Of a stretch of DNA of 64,000 nt, positions 17,421 to 27,621 are shown one piece after another. Location: positions 1,216,001-1,280,000 of the forward strand of contig OY781092.1 of the NCBI GenBank assembly GCA_963676615.1, in the 5' to 3' direction. Below the pieces are notes generated by a model. The model saw nothing but the letters and a program-made list of their open reading frames with translations. It searched no databases and was not told the origin of the DNA. Position numbers and translations under genes: made by a program. This DNA comes from Candidatus Cloacimonadota bacterium. GTDB lineage: Bacteria > Cloacimonadota > Cloacimonadia > G963667145. Position 1 is the first letter of the stretch. Each line of letters begins with the position of its first letter.

Positions 17421-18228
17421 TTTTTTCTCCTTTTTCTGCCAAAAATTTGGCTAGCTCATCTTTGTAAAAATCGTCCAAAGAATCCTTGCCAATAATGGAC
17501 TTTAAGCCCTTATCTTTCAAAAAAGATTTTACAAAAGCGTTTTTCGGCTGAAAAATCAACTCCTCTTTTGAGCCGATTTGCGAAATTTTTCCCTTGTCGA
17601 GCAAAACGATTTTCGTGCCCAGTTTTAGCGCCTCTTCAATATCGTGAGTGACGAACAAAATGGTCTTGCCTAACTTTTGGTGAAGGCTCTTTAGCTCATA
17701 CTGCAGCTTGCTCCTGGCGATCTCGTCCACAGCGCCAAACGGCTCGTCCATCAAAATCACCTCTGGGTCGTTGGCAAGCGCCCGCGCTACACCAACCCTC
17801 TGCTGCTGCCCGCCGCTAAGCTCCCGTGGGTAGCGACTCAGCATCCGCATATCCATACCAACCAACTCTATCAGCTGCTTTGCTCGCTCTACCAAAAAAG
17901 TTTTATCCTTGCCGTCTAGCGAAACGACAAACCCGATATTTTCCTGAATCGTCATATGCGGGAAAAGCCCGATTTGCTGGATAACATAGCCGATTTCCCG
18001 ACGCAGCTCGATTGCGTCCCAATCGGTTAGCGGTTTATCGCAAAAAAATATTTCGCCGCTATCGGGGAGCACCAGCTGGTTGACCATCTTCATCAGCGTG
18101 GTTTTGCCGCAGCCAGAAGCGCCCAAAATTGTCAAAAAATCGCCTTTCTCCACATTTAGCGAAAGCTCGTCGATTACCGCTTGCCCGTCGTAGCTTTTGC
18201 TCACATTTTCAAAAACCAACAAAGGCAT
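17413..18228 (-). CDS. Osmoprotectant-family (OpuC/EgtV-like) ABC ATPase without CBS domains
   Basis: GASGCGKTT, LRREIGYVIQQIGLFPHMT, LSGGQQQRVGVARALA, MDEPFGAVD. Confidence 0.85.
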   Translation of the reverse strand: MPLLVFENVSKSYDGQAVIDELSLNVEKGDFLTILGASGCGKTTLMKMVNQLVLPDSGEIFFCDKPLTDWDAIELRREIGYVIQQIGLFPHMTIQENIGFVVSLDGKDKTFLVERAKQLIELVGMDMRMLSRYPRELSGGQQQRVGVARALANDPEVILMDEPFGAVDEIARSKLQYELKSLHQKLGKTILFVTHDIEEALKLGTKIVLLDKGKISQIGSKEELIFQPKNAFVKSFLKDKGLKSIIGKDSLDDFYKDELAKFLAEKGEKNG

Positions 18229-19103
18229 CAAATCAAACCTTTTGACCGCAAAAAATCTTCTGCCACTTTTTCCGCGGGAACTTTTTCGATCTCCACCAAA
18301 TAGTTCATCTGCGTCATTTCGTCGTTGCTGATTTTGCCCGTCAACTGCTCCAGCACGCCCTGCAATTCTGGATATTTCGCAAGGGTCTGTTTGCGCACCA
18401 AGCTCGCCGCAAAATATGAGGGAAAGTAATTTTTGTCGTCCTCAAGCAGCACCAAATCGGCTTGCTTCAACCTTGCGTCGGTCGAAAAAACATTGATCGC
18501 ATCAACTTGCCCAGAGGCAATCGCCTCGTATTTCAGCCCGATATCCAGCTCAACCTTGTCGTTAAAATCCATTCCATACTCTCGCTGCAGCCCTGGATAG
18601 CCATCTTCCCGCTCGAAAAAATCGTATTCGGCGGCAAACCTGATGTTGTCGCTATTTTTTGCCAAATCGGAGTAAGTTTTAATGTCGTATCTTTCTGCGG
18701 CTTCGCGAGTTACGGCAATTCCGTAGGTGTCGTTAAATCCATACAAGCCCAACCAAAGCAGCGAAAAATCGTTCTCGTAGCGATTTTTCACCTGATTGTA
18801 TAGCTCGCTGGGATTTCTAATCAAATCCTCCTTCAGCACAAAAAGCCAGCCAGTGCCCGTGTATTCGGGATAAATGTCGATCTCGCCGCCGAGTATCGCC
18901 GGGTGCAAATTTGAGGTTCCACCGCCAACTGCCTGCTTTTGCTCCACTTGCAAATCCGTTTTTGCCTGTATCAGCTGCGATATTATCTCCACCAAAATAT
19001 ACTGCTCCGTCATCGGTTTACCAGCCACAACTATCTGCTTTTTTCCGCAACCTGCCGCAAAAAACACGCCAATTGCCAAAGCCAAAATCACCATTTTTCT
19101 CAT
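18228..19103 (-). CDS. Quaternary-amine ABC substrate-binding lipoprotein, EgtU-SBP-like (possible ergothioneine binder)
   Basis: Lipobox AAGC; KPMTEQYIL, GGGTSNLHPA, YPEYTGTGW, GFNDTY, AEYDFFERED, VFSTD, DDKNYFPSY. Confidence 0.75.
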   Translation of the reverse strand: MRKMVILALAIGVFFAAGCGKKQIVVAGKPMTEQYILVEIISQLIQAKTDLQVEQKQAVGGGTSNLHPAILGGEIDIYPEYTGTGWLFVLKEDLIRNPSELYNQVKNRYENDFSLLWLGLYGFNDTYGIAVTREAAERYDIKTYSDLAKNSDNIRFAAEYDFFEREDGYPGLQREYGMDFNDKVELDIGLKYEAIASGQVDAINVFSTDARLKQADLVLLEDDKNYFPSYFAASLVRKQTLAKYPELQGVLEQLTGKISNDEMTQMNYLVEIEKVPAEKVAEDFLRSKGLI

Positions 19104-19115
19104 AAATTTTTCCTC

Positions 19116-19760
19116 CTAATATTCACCAAAAAGTTTCGTTTTCGCCTTTTTTTCTGCCATTTCCAGAAAAAAATCTGTCACCACGGCGAGTCCTGCCACC
19201 AGCAAACTACCGGCAACGATCATCTCCTGATTATAGGTGGTAATCCCGCGGTAAATCGCCTTTCCAAGTCCGCCTGCGCCGATGAACGAAGCGATGCCGC
19301 CAAGCGCGATGGTCATTATCACCATCGTCCGAAAGCCCGCGATTATCATCGGCATCGCCAAAGGCAGCTGAATCCTGAGCAAGAGCTGCTTTTGCGTGAC
19401 GCCCATTCCAACTGCCGCCTCGATTATCCGAGAGTCCACCTCGTTTATTCCCGTGTATGTGTTGCGAATTATCGGCAAAATCCCGTAAAGAATCAGTGCC
19501 AAAATCGCACTCGTGTTGCCAATTCCCGTTATCGTCACCAAAATTCCGAAAAGCGCAATGGCTGGAATCGTATAAATAAAATTGGTCAGAGCCAAAATAG
19601 TTTTGGCAAGCGCCTGATTTCGTGTCATCAAAACGCCGAGCAAAAGTCCCAAAATCGTGATAACGATGACCGCCACAAATGTGATGAGAATGTGCTGCAG
19701 CAGCAGCTCCAAAAAAAAGTCCCATCTCTCAAGATAAAGCGCAAAAATATTTTTAATCAT
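19116..19760 (-). CDS. Osmoprotectant-family (OpuC/EgtU TMD-like) ABC permease
   Basis: IYTIPAIALFG, LPIIRNTYTG, EAAVGMG, IGAGGLG. Confidence 0.85.
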   Translation of the reverse strand: MIKNIFALYLERWDFFLELLLQHILITFVAVIVITILGLLLGVLMTRNQALAKTILALTNFIYTIPAIALFGILVTITGIGNTSAILALILYGILPIIRNTYTGINEVDSRIIEAAVGMGVTQKQLLLRIQLPLAMPMIIAGFRTMVIMTIALGGIASFIGAGGLGKAIYRGITTYNQEMIVAGSLLVAGLAVVTDFFLEMAEKKAKTKLFGEY

Positions 19761-19784
19761 CTAGCCTCCAATAAAACCTCGCCG

Positions 19785-20219
19785 TTACAGCGTTTGCATA
19801 AAATTTTCATAAACTTTTTGGAGCAGTCGTTGCAAAAGTTCTATCTCTTTTTCGTCCAAATTTTGATACGCCACACTGTGCAAATTTTGCGAAATCTGAA
19901 AAAAATCGTCCCTCATCTTTTCGCCTTTTTCGGTAAGAGAAACCAGCGAAGTGCGGCTGTCGTGCGAATCTGGTGCCACCTGCACATAGCCAAGAGCCTC
20001 CAATTTTTTCACCAGAGTCGTAACAGTGGAACGATCTCGGTTGATTTTTTTTGCCAGCGCCGTTTTGCTCAGCGTCCCGCTTTTGTATAAACTCGCCAAA
20101 ATATCACCATGCGACGGCGCTAAACTCTTGTGTCCCACTCTTTTAAGTTCATGCACAATGTAGGCATAAGCATACTCGCGAATCCTGCTGTTGAGGAAAA
20201 TTATGTTATTAAATTTCAT
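19785..20219 (-). CDS. MarR-family transcriptional regulator
   Basis: wHTH: LAKKINRDRSTVT.LVKKLE..GYV…DSR…VSLTEKG; ATG at 20219. Confidence 0.88.
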   Translation of the reverse strand: MKFNNIIFLNSRIREYAYAYIVHELKRVGHKSLAPSHGDILASLYKSGTLSKTALAKKINRDRSTVTTLVKKLEALGYVQVAPDSHDSRTSLVSLTEKGEKMRDDFFQISQNLHSVAYQNLDEKEIELLQRLLQKVYENFMQTL

Positions 20220-20226
20220 ACTGAGC

Positions 20227-20255
20227 AAAATACTTGGACATCCAACTATTGTCAA
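20227..20255 (-). promoter_or_regulatory. sigma70 promoter of marR with a palindromic operator between -35 and -10
   Basis: Minus strand TTGACA-17-TATTTT; palindrome ATACTTGGA-CA-TCCAACTAT at 20230-20249. Confidence 0.65.
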
Positions 20256-20393
20256 ACGCTTTCCTCATTTTCCTCCAAAAAAATACGCCGCTTCGTTTAA
20301 TCCTTGACTAATTTTAGAGCCGTTAGCCATTTGATACTAGACGAATTTCTTCGCTGTCGCTCCAGCCAAAATCCAAAAAAAACGAGGTGGTCG

Positions 20394-21020
20394 ATGAAAA
20401 TTTTGCATATCTCCGACATTCACGGAAAAGTGGAAAATCTGCTTTTGGTGGAAAAATATTTTCTGGAATGCGATTTGGTGCTTGTCAGCGGCGACCTCAC
20501 GCATATGGGCGACCAGCTGGCAATGTCCAAAGTTCTGCAATATTTGCCGCTGGAAAAAACGCTGGCTGTGCTGGGAAATTGCGACTATCCAAACGCCATA
20601 AAAGCTCTGCAAACGGCAAAAATTTCTGTCGATGGCGAGCAAAAACAGCTGGCAGGCTTTCGCATTTGCGGCTATGGCGGGTCTCTGCCGACTCCCATAA
20701 ACACGCCCAATATGCTCCCCGAAGAGGAGTTTGCGCTGGTTCTGGGCTCATTCGACCAGCCCGATATTTTGCTCACCCATCAACCAGCATTCGGCACAAA
20801 CGCAGATTTGACGCCCGATGGACTGCATGTCGGCAGCAAATCGATTTTGCATTTTATCGAAAAAAAACAACCGAAGCTGGCGCTGTGCGGCCATATGCAC
20901 GAAGCACAATCGACCAGCAAAATCGGCGAAACCGTCGTCGTTAACGCTGGGTCTTTGGCGCAAAAACATTTCGCCGTCATAAATTTGAGCGAAAACAAAA
21001 TCGAAGTTGAGCTAAAATGA
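20394..21020 (+). CDS. Calcineurin-like metallophosphoesterase (Icc-related)
   Basis: SDIHG, GDLT, GNCD, THQP, CGHMHE; start MKILH after GAGGTG. Confidence 0.85.
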   Translation: MKILHISDIHGKVENLLLVEKYFLECDLVLVSGDLTHMGDQLAMSKVLQYLPLEKTLAVLGNCDYPNAIKALQTAKISVDGEQKQLAGFRICGYGGSLPTPINTPNMLPEEEFALVLGSFDQPDILLTHQPAFGTNADLTPDGLHVGSKSILHFIEKKQPKLALCGHMHEAQSTSKIGETVVVNAGSLAQKHFAVINLSENKIEVELK

Positions 21021-22357
21021 TAAAAAATCTCAATCGTCAAATCATCATCGACTTGCTGGAAACCGGGCAACTGCAACGGCTTCGCTCATATCTGCACAAC
21101 TCGCATCCAGGCGATATCGCCGCAATTATCAACGATTTGCCCAGCGATGCGCAATACAAACTTTTTAGCACTTTGGATGTGGAAACAGCCGCAAATGTTA
21201 TGCCAGAGCTGCATCAAGAGCTGCAAGAAGATTTTTTGCCGAAAATCAACCCAGCCAAGCTGGCGGGCATTCTCACCGAGATGGACAGCGACGACGCCAC
21301 AGACATCATCAGCGAAATTGAGGACAAACAGACACAGCACTCGATTTTGGAGCGGCTCGATTTTGAGGACAAACAGTCGATTAAAAAGCTGCTGAGCTAC
21401 GACGAGAACACCGCTGGCGGCATTATGCAATCGGAGGTGGCGCAAGTCCCCAAGGAGTTCACCAAGGCGCAGGTCGTGCAGTATATCAAGGACAATTACG
21501 AGGAAATCGACAACCTCGCCTACATTTTTGTCGTGGGCGAAGACAAGCACCTCGAGGGACGATTGGACACCTACGCGCTTTTTGTGATGGACGACAACCA
21601 AACAATCGGGCAAGCGATGCAGACCGACATCATCTCGACAACGACCGACACCGACCAAGAAAAAGTGGCGCACCTTTTCCGTAAATACGACCTCTACGCC
21701 ATTCCAGTGGTGGACAAGCAAAACCGCCTTTTGGGCAGAATCACAGTGGACGATGTCATCGATGTCATCGACGACGAAGCGTCCGAAGATGTCTATAAAA
21801 TGATGGGACTCGAGAGCGAAGACAAAGTTTTCTCGTCGCCATTTGGTTCGTTCAGCAAGCGCATTCCATGGCTTCTCCTGAACCTGCTCACGGCGATTTT
21901 GGTCTCCAGCGTCGTTAATATTTTCGAGGGCGTCATCCAAAAATGGGCGTTTCTGGCAGTCCTGATGCCAATCGTCGCGGGACTCGGCGGCAACTCTGGC
22001 GCACAAACCCTCACCGTCATCATCCGCGGCATCGCAATGGGCGAGCTGACGGTCAACAACTCGTTCAAAGCTTTGCGAAAAGAGATAATCGTCGGCATCT
22101 GCAACGGCATCGCCATCGGCTCGGTCGCCACGGCGCTGGCTTGGCTCTACAAAGGCAACTTGATGCTCGGCGTCGTCCTCGGTGGCGGCCTGATCTGCAA
22201 TATGCTCATCGCTGGAATCGTCGGCGCGTTGGTGCCGCTCCTGCTCAAAAAATTCAGACTCGATCCAGCCCTTGGCTCGAACATCATCGTCACAATGCTC
22301 ACCGATATGGGCGGTTTCGCCAGCTTCCTGAGCCTTGCGGCAATTTTGCTACAATAA
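21017..22357 (+). CDS. mgtE: Magnesium transporter MgtE
   Basis: N domain (HPGDIA, MDSDDA), CBS pair (TAGGIM, LLGRITVDD), RIPWL, GGNSGAQT, DPA. Confidence 0.93.
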   Translation: MIKNLNRQIIIDLLETGQLQRLRSYLHNSHPGDIAAIINDLPSDAQYKLFSTLDVETAANVMPELHQELQEDFLPKINPAKLAGILTEMDSDDATDIISEIEDKQTQHSILERLDFEDKQSIKKLLSYDENTAGGIMQSEVAQVPKEFTKAQVVQYIKDNYEEIDNLAYIFVVGEDKHLEGRLDTYALFVMDDNQTIGQAMQTDIISTTTDTDQEKVAHLFRKYDLYAIPVVDKQNRLLGRITVDDVIDVIDDEASEDVYKMMGLESEDKVFSSPFGSFSKRIPWLLLNLLTAILVSSVVNIFEGVIQKWAFLAVLMPIVAGLGGNSGAQTLTVIIRGIAMGELTVNNSFKALRKEIIVGICNGIAIGSVATALAWLYKGNLMLGVVLGGGLICNMLIAGIVGALVPLLLKKFRLDPALGSNIIVTMLTDMGGFASFLSLAAILLQ

Positions 22358-22385
22358 TTTTTAAAGACAAAAACAGGGAAATTTC

Positions 22386-23636
22386 GTGCCAAACCAACCA
22401 GAAAAAATTTGGGACTTAATAGTCGTCGGTGCTGGCGCTGCTGGTCTAATGGCAGCTGGCAGAGCTTGTCAAATGGGCTACTCCACCTTGATTTTGGAAA
22501 AAATGCCCAAAATTGCCCGCAAAATAAAAATCACAGGTAAAGGCAGATGCAACCTCACCAACAGCAAAAGTTGGGCAGAGTTTCAAAAAAATATTTTTCC
22601 CAAGCCAAACTTTTTCAAAAAAGCTTTCTACAATTTTGACAACCAAGCGCTGATCGAACTTTTTCAAGGAAAACTCAAAACTCCGCTCAAAACCGAGCAA
22701 GGACAGCGAGTTTTTCCCGCATCAGACAAATCTTCGGACATCGTCAAGGCACTCGACCTTTACGCTCGCAAAGCCAAAATCGTTTGCAACTGCCAAGTCA
22801 TCGCTCTGCAAAAATCCAGCGACAAAATAACGCAAATCGTCTGCAAAAAAGACGGCGACGAAAAAATTTATCGAGCGAAAAATTACCTGCTGACCACTGG
22901 CGGAATGAGCTACAGCTCCACAGGCTCGTCTGGCGACGGACACCGCATCGCCCAAAAAATCGGTCACAACCTCCGTCCTTGCCTGCCGTCGCTTGTTGGG
23001 CTGATCTGCCCAAAAGCCAAAGCGTTACAAGGCTTGGCACTAAAAAATATCCAAGCAAAGCTCTTCGTCGATAACACCTTGGAGCAAAAGGAGTTCGGCG
23101 AGCTGCTTTTCACCCATTTTGGGCTCTCTGGGCCCACCATCCTCACCCTCAGTCGCCGCACTGTTCAGCTGCTCAGCCAAGGCGCAAAAGTTTTCATCAG
23201 CATCGACCTAAAGCCCGCACGAAGCGAAAATCAGCTTTTAGAAAAAATCAACCAAGAGGCAAACGCCAATCCACAAAAGCAGCTAGGCAACTTCCTCAAA
23301 AACTACCTGCCGTCAAAAATGATACCTTATTTTCTGGAAAAACTTGGCAAATCACCGCAAACCAAACTCGCAGAAATCGGCTCGCCAAAACCTCTGGTTC
23401 GCCTGCTAAAAAATCTTCGCTTCTCCATCACCGACAGTTGCGGATTTGAGCAAGCCATCATCACCCAAGGCGGCGTCGATATTTCACAAATCAACAGCAA
23501 AACAATGCAATCCAAACTTTTCGACAACCTCTATTTCGCTGGCGAAATTATCGACCTCGACGCCTACACTGGCGGCTACAACCTCCAAATCGCTTTTTCG
23601 ACTGGATATCTTGCTGGCGAGCTAAAGAAAAAATAG
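22386..23636 (+). CDS. HI0933/YhiN/BaiN-family flavoprotein oxidoreductase
   Basis: GAGAAGLMAA, KI.ITGKGRCNLTN, LLFTHFGLSGP, GE.IDLD..TGGYNLQ.A. Confidence 0.9.
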   Translation: MPNQPEKIWDLIVVGAGAAGLMAAGRACQMGYSTLILEKMPKIARKIKITGKGRCNLTNSKSWAEFQKNIFPKPNFFKKAFYNFDNQALIELFQGKLKTPLKTEQGQRVFPASDKSSDIVKALDLYARKAKIVCNCQVIALQKSSDKITQIVCKKDGDEKIYRAKNYLLTTGGMSYSSTGSSGDGHRIAQKIGHNLRPCLPSLVGLICPKAKALQGLALKNIQAKLFVDNTLEQKEFGELLFTHFGLSGPTILTLSRRTVQLLSQGAKVFISIDLKPARSENQLLEKINQEANANPQKQLGNFLKNYLPSKMIPYFLEKLGKSPQTKLAEIGSPKPLVRLLKNLRFSITDSCGFEQAIITQGGVDISQINSKTMQSKLFDNLYFAGEIIDLDAYTGGYNLQIAFSTGYLAGELKKK

Positions 23637-23660
23637 CCACACTTTTTTTTGGAAAATAAT

Positions 23661-24650
23661 CTAGCTATTTTTTTTAGATTTTTTACTAAAAAACGCCAAA
23701 GATAAAACAACCTCGTGGCGAAAAGTTTTGAACAAAACCAAGCCCAAAAGCACAAGATACATCGCTACCAAAAAGTGAGCCAAGATTATCACCGCAGCCA
23801 CCATATTGTCCGCAAGAGCGAACATTCCGCTAAAAATCAGCAGCGCCATTATCTCGTTGGAACCCATCTGCCCTGGCGGAGACGGCGCCGCATAAGATAA
23901 AAAAAGCAGAGAATAACCCAACAAAATAACTGCAAAAGGAATCGAAAGCCCCAAAGTCAGCACGCAAATATAAAAAGCCACACAGTTAAAAAAAATCGCC
24001 AGCAGCGAAAGTCCAAACATTTTCACGAAAAGCGTAAACGAAAATTTCAGCTTTCGTATGCCGACAGCAAATCGCAAAAACATTGCCAAAATTTTTCGCA
24101 CTTTCCGATTTTTTACTCGCTGTCTAGCTTTTATCACTAGCCCAATTCGAAAAGAGACGACCACAAGAAAAAGAACGCCAAAAGCCAGCATTCCCACCAA
24201 AAAATAGACGACGAAAAATATATTGGCGCTGATTTTATATTGCAAAAAAGGCATCACCAGCAACAGCACCAAAATCGGAGTCAAATCGAAAAGTTTATCG
24301 ATCATCACCGTCGGCAAAACTTTGGAAATCGGCAAGCGATAGCGCCGCTTTATGTAGTTGCATTTGACCAGCTCGGCAATCCGCACGGGAATCAAAAAAT
24401 CGATGACCGAGCCCATCATATAAACCTGTATCACCTCTTTGCGTTTAACGGGCAAGAGCTTTTTTAGCAGATAACTCCAGCGAGTTCCACGCAAATATGT
24501 AGTTAGTCCCAAAGTCACAAAAAACAAAGGCAAATACCAAAAATTGATGTTTCGGTAATGGGCAAGAGTTCCGCTAAGGTCGAAATATTTGAAGCACAAA
24601 GCCAAAAATACAACGCCCAAACAGAACAAAATCAAGATTTTTTTTATCAT
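23661..24650 (-). CDS. Lysylphosphatidylglycerol synthase TM-domain / UPF0104 flippase-like membrane protein
   Basis: Multi-TM; LRG.RW..LL, IP.RIAEL, IDKLFD, PSPPGQMG. Confidence 0.75.
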   Translation of the reverse strand: MIKKILILFCLGVVFLALCFKYFDLSGTLAHYRNINFWYLPLFFVTLGLTTYLRGTRWSYLLKKLLPVKRKEVIQVYMMGSVIDFLIPVRIAELVKCNYIKRRYRLPISKVLPTVMIDKLFDLTPILVLLLVMPFLQYKISANIFFVVYFLVGMLAFGVLFLVVVSFRIGLVIKARQRVKNRKVRKILAMFLRFAVGIRKLKFSFTLFVKMFGLSLLAIFFNCVAFYICVLTLGLSIPFAVILLGYSLLFLSYAAPSPPGQMGSNEIMALLIFSGMFALADNMVAAVIILAHFLVAMYLVLLGLVLFKTFRHEVVLSLAFFSKKSKKNS

Positions 24651-24695
24651 AATTCCAAAAAAGAACACCCCCAAAAAAAGGGCAATATTTAAAAC

Positions 24696-24729
24696 AAAAA
24701 AAGCCACCTTAGCATCGTAAAGCGGCTTT
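24696..24729 (-). terminator. Intrinsic terminator at the end of the ribosomal cluster
   Basis: Minus strand AAAGCCGC-loop-GTGGCTTT followed by a T run, just after the rplQ stop. Confidence 0.7.
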
Positions 24730-24747
24730 GTTATTCGATTTTTTTGG

Positions 24748-25218
24748 CTACTTTTCTTCCGAAGTTTCTGCTTCAGAAGAGTTTTCGCTCTCTGGCTCTG
24801 CCGCCAAATTTTCCAGCTTTACATCTTCAACTGGAGCCTCTTTTTTTGCGGCAACTTTCTCTTTTTCCTCAACGAACTCAATGATTACCATCGGAGCGGC
24901 GTCACCTTTGCGAAAACCAGCTTTAATAATCCGTGTGTAACCGCCAGCAACTCCTGCATAGCGCGGAGCGATTTCGTCGAAAACTTTTTTTACCAAACTG
25001 CGGTCGCCCAAAACTTTAAAAGCCAAACGGCGATGATGGATTTCCCCTTTTTTGCCGTAAGTGATGACCCTTTCAGCCAAACTTCTCATCTCTTTGGCTT
25101 TAGCTTCTGTAGTAGTGATACGCTCGGATATCACCAAAGACTTCACCAGATTTCTCAACAAAGCCTTGCGGTGTCCAGCTTCTCTACCAAACTTGCGTCC
25201 TTCTTTTCTATGTCTCAT
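24748..25218 (-). CDS. rplQ: 50S ribosomal protein L17 with acidic C-terminal tail
   Basis: [33 protein letters not shown]. Confidence 0.96.
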   Translation of the reverse strand: MRHRKEGRKFGREAGHRKALLRNLVKSLVISERITTTEAKAKEMRSLAERVITYGKKGEIHHRRLAFKVLGDRSLVKKVFDEIAPRYAGVAGGYTRIIKAGFRKGDAAPMVIIEFVEEKEKVAAKKEAPVEDVKLENLAAEPESENSSEAETSEEK

Positions 25219-25222
25219 TCTA

Positions 25223-26236
25223 CTACCTTTTCAATATTTTATTTCTAGCCTCTTGAATTTCGGACTCAACTTTCTCCAAATTCATTCCCAGAGAAAGATC
25301 CAAATCCGAAAGAAGCTTTTTAATTTCGTCCAAAGACTTCTTGCCAAAATTGCGATAACGAAGCATCTGATTTTCAGTTTTGCTCACCAAATCACGCACC
25401 GTCTCGATTTTGGCTGCCAAAAGACAGTTGCTCGAACGAACAGAAAGCTCCATCTCGTTCACGCTGGTGTCCAAAAGCCGCTCAATCCTCTCCAAACGAG
25501 GATCCATCTCCAACTTCTCGACATACTCTGGCTCAACCTCAAAACGAATCATCTTATCATAAAAATCGCGCAACAACTTGCTGGAAGTATAAAAGGCTTC
25601 CTTGGGGTCGATACTGCCGTCTGTGGTCACCTCTAGCACCAACTTATCGTAGTCGATTCTCTTGCCAACGCGCTCGTTCTCCACAGTAAACGACACATTT
25701 TTCACAGGATTAAACAAAGAATCTATCGCAATAAATCCAACAGGCAAGTCGGCGTTGTCGTGCTCTTCCGACGGCACAAAACCGCGATTTACACCCACGA
25801 TAATCTTGCATCTGATCTCTTTGCCCTCTTGAGTGACCTCAAAAAGTTCCAAATCTTTGTTGATAATCTCGATTTGAGAGTTAGCGCTAAAATCGCCAGC
25901 GGTCACCATTCCGAGCTTGCTAACATTTAGCTCCAAGGTGATATCGTCCAAAGAAGAAGATTTAATCGCCAAACGCTTCAGTTTCAAAATAAAATCGACA
26001 TAGTCGGTGTCTGTTCCGGGAATGCCCGTAAACTCGTGATGCAACCCTTCGATCATCACAAACTTTACCGCTGCGCCTTGGATAGAGGAAAGCAAAACCC
26101 TGCGAATCGTATTGCCTACCGTGATACCATAGCCAGGCTCCATCGGACTAATTTCGACTTTGACAAAAGTATCGCTATAAGTAGATTCGTCTATCTCTAC
26201 TTTATTAGGATTTTGGATAGGAATAATTAAACTCAT
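25223..26236 (-). CDS. rpoA: RNA polymerase subunit alpha
   Basis: [42 protein letters not shown]. Confidence 0.96.
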   Translation of the reverse strand: MSLIIPIQNPNKVEIDESTYSDTFVKVEISPMEPGYGITVGNTIRRVLLSSIQGAAVKFVMIEGLHHEFTGIPGTDTDYVDFILKLKRLAIKSSSLDDITLELNVSKLGMVTAGDFSANSQIEIINKDLELFEVTQEGKEIRCKIIVGVNRGFVPSEEHDNADLPVGFIAIDSLFNPVKNVSFTVENERVGKRIDYDKLVLEVTTDGSIDPKEAFYTSSKLLRDFYDKMIRFEVEPEYVEKLEMDPRLERIERLLDTSVNEMELSVRSSNCLLAAKIETVRDLVSKTENQMLRYRNFGKKSLDEIKKLLSDLDLSLGMNLEKVESEIQEARNKILKR

Positions 26237-26252
26237 CGCACCTTCCCTATTA

Positions 26253-26867
26253 TTATTTAGAATAAAACTCGACAATCAAACGATCGTCAATGTTAACTGG
26301 AATTTGCTCCCTGTTCGGAATCGCCAAAACTTCGCCTTTCAAAGATTTTTTGTCAAAACTAAGCCAAGGGAAAGCGTCAACCGAGCTGTTGCCGATGTTC
26401 TCCAAAAACAAAGGCATATTTTTGCTCTTGTCTTTTACCTGAATCACATCGCCTTGTTTACACTGATAAGACGGGATGTCCACCCTTTTGCCGTTCACGG
26501 TGATGTGCGCGTGGTTCACAACTTGCCTTGCTTGCATCCGTGTGCCAGCAAGACCAAGCCTGAAGACAACATTATCCAATCTCATTTCCAAAAGTCTAAA
26601 CAAATTCTCGCCAGTTACGCCGCTTTGCTTCGCCGCTTTTTTGAAATAACCACGAAATTGCTTTTCGAGCAAGCAATAAATCATTCTCGCTTTTTGCTTC
26701 TCCTCTAGGTGCAAACCGTAGTCACTCTTTCTCTTTTTGAAGCCTTGACCGTGCTCTCCTGGAGCGTAACCTTTTTTCTTCAAAATTTTATCGTATTTGG
26801 GAGCTCCGAAAATATTTTCGCCGAACTTCCTGCAAATTCTCGCCTTAGGACCTGTATATCTAGCCAT
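26253..26867 (-). CDS. rpsD: 30S ribosomal protein S4
   Basis: MARYTGPK, SDYG..L.EKQK, LEMRLDNVVFRLG, LIVEFYSK. Confidence 0.96.
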   Translation of the reverse strand: MARYTGPKARICRKFGENIFGAPKYDKILKKKGYAPGEHGQGFKKRKSDYGLHLEEKQKARMIYCLLEKQFRGYFKKAAKQSGVTGENLFRLLEMRLDNVVFRLGLAGTRMQARQVVNHAHITVNGKRVDIPSYQCKQGDVIQVKDKSKNMPLFLENIGNSSVDAFPWLSFDKKSLKGEVLAIPNREQIPVNIDDRLIVEFYSK

Positions 26868-26875
26868 TGTTTCTC

Positions 26876-27256
26876 CTATATCCTTCTTTGTTTTGGTGGT
26901 CTGCACCCGTTGTGTGGCACTGGGGTAACATCTTTAATCATCGTAATCTCCAGCCCAGCTGCGTTCAGCGCTCTGATGGCAGCCTCACGACCTCCACCTG
27001 GACCTTTGACCACAACACCGACTCTGGCGATGCCAAGCTCTACAGCCAACTCACCAATCTTTTTGCCCGCAAGCTGAGCCGCAAAAGAGGTGTTCTTTTT
27101 AGAACCGTGATAACCAATATCTCCACCGCTAGACCAATCGATTGTATTGCCAGATTTGTCTGCCAAAGTGACGATAGTATTATTAAAACTAGAATGAATA
27201 TTTACGATGCCCTCGCTAATATTCAGCTTCTTTTTTTTCTTTACACTCTTAGCCAT
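26876..27256 (-). CDS. rpsK: 30S ribosomal protein S11
   Basis: [31 protein letters not shown]. Confidence 0.96.
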   Translation of the reverse strand: MAKSVKKKKKLNISEGIVNIHSSFNNTIVTLADKSGNTIDWSSGGDIGYHGSKKNTSFAAQLAGKKIGELAVELGIARVGVVVKGPGGGREAAIRALNAAGLEITMIKDVTPVPHNGCRPPKQRRI

Positions 27257-27259
27257 TTA

Positions 27260-27613
27260 CTACCTCTTTTTCCTTCTCTTCTTGCGAGTCATTGCGTTGT
27301 TTTTGGTGTTTTGCCCTCTACACGGCAAACCTTTTTTGTGTCGCAAGCCGCGATAAGATCCGTTCCCCATCAGCCTTTTGATGTCCATCACATTCCTAGT
27401 CCTGAGCTCACCTTCCACCACATATTTATTTTGAATTTCTTCTCTGATTTTTTTCTCATCCTCGATAGAAAGATCTTTGACTCTAATGCTCTCATCAATA
27501 CCGATATCGCTCAAAATCTTCTTAGAACAAGTTTTACCTATTCCAAAGATATAGGTTAAAGCAATCTCCAATCTCTTATCTTTTGGGAGTTCAACTCCTA
27601 CTATGTTAGCCAA
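27260..27613 (-). CDS. rpsM: 30S ribosomal protein S13 (TTG start)
   Basis: [23 protein letters not shown]. Confidence 0.95.
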   Translation of the reverse strand: MANIVGVELPKDKRLEIALTYIFGIGKTCSKKILSDIGIDESIRVKDLSIEDEKKIREEIQNKYVVEGELRTRNVMDIKRLMGNGSYRGLRHKKGLPCRGQNTKNNAMTRKKRRKKR

Positions 27614-27621
27614 ATTTCCTC

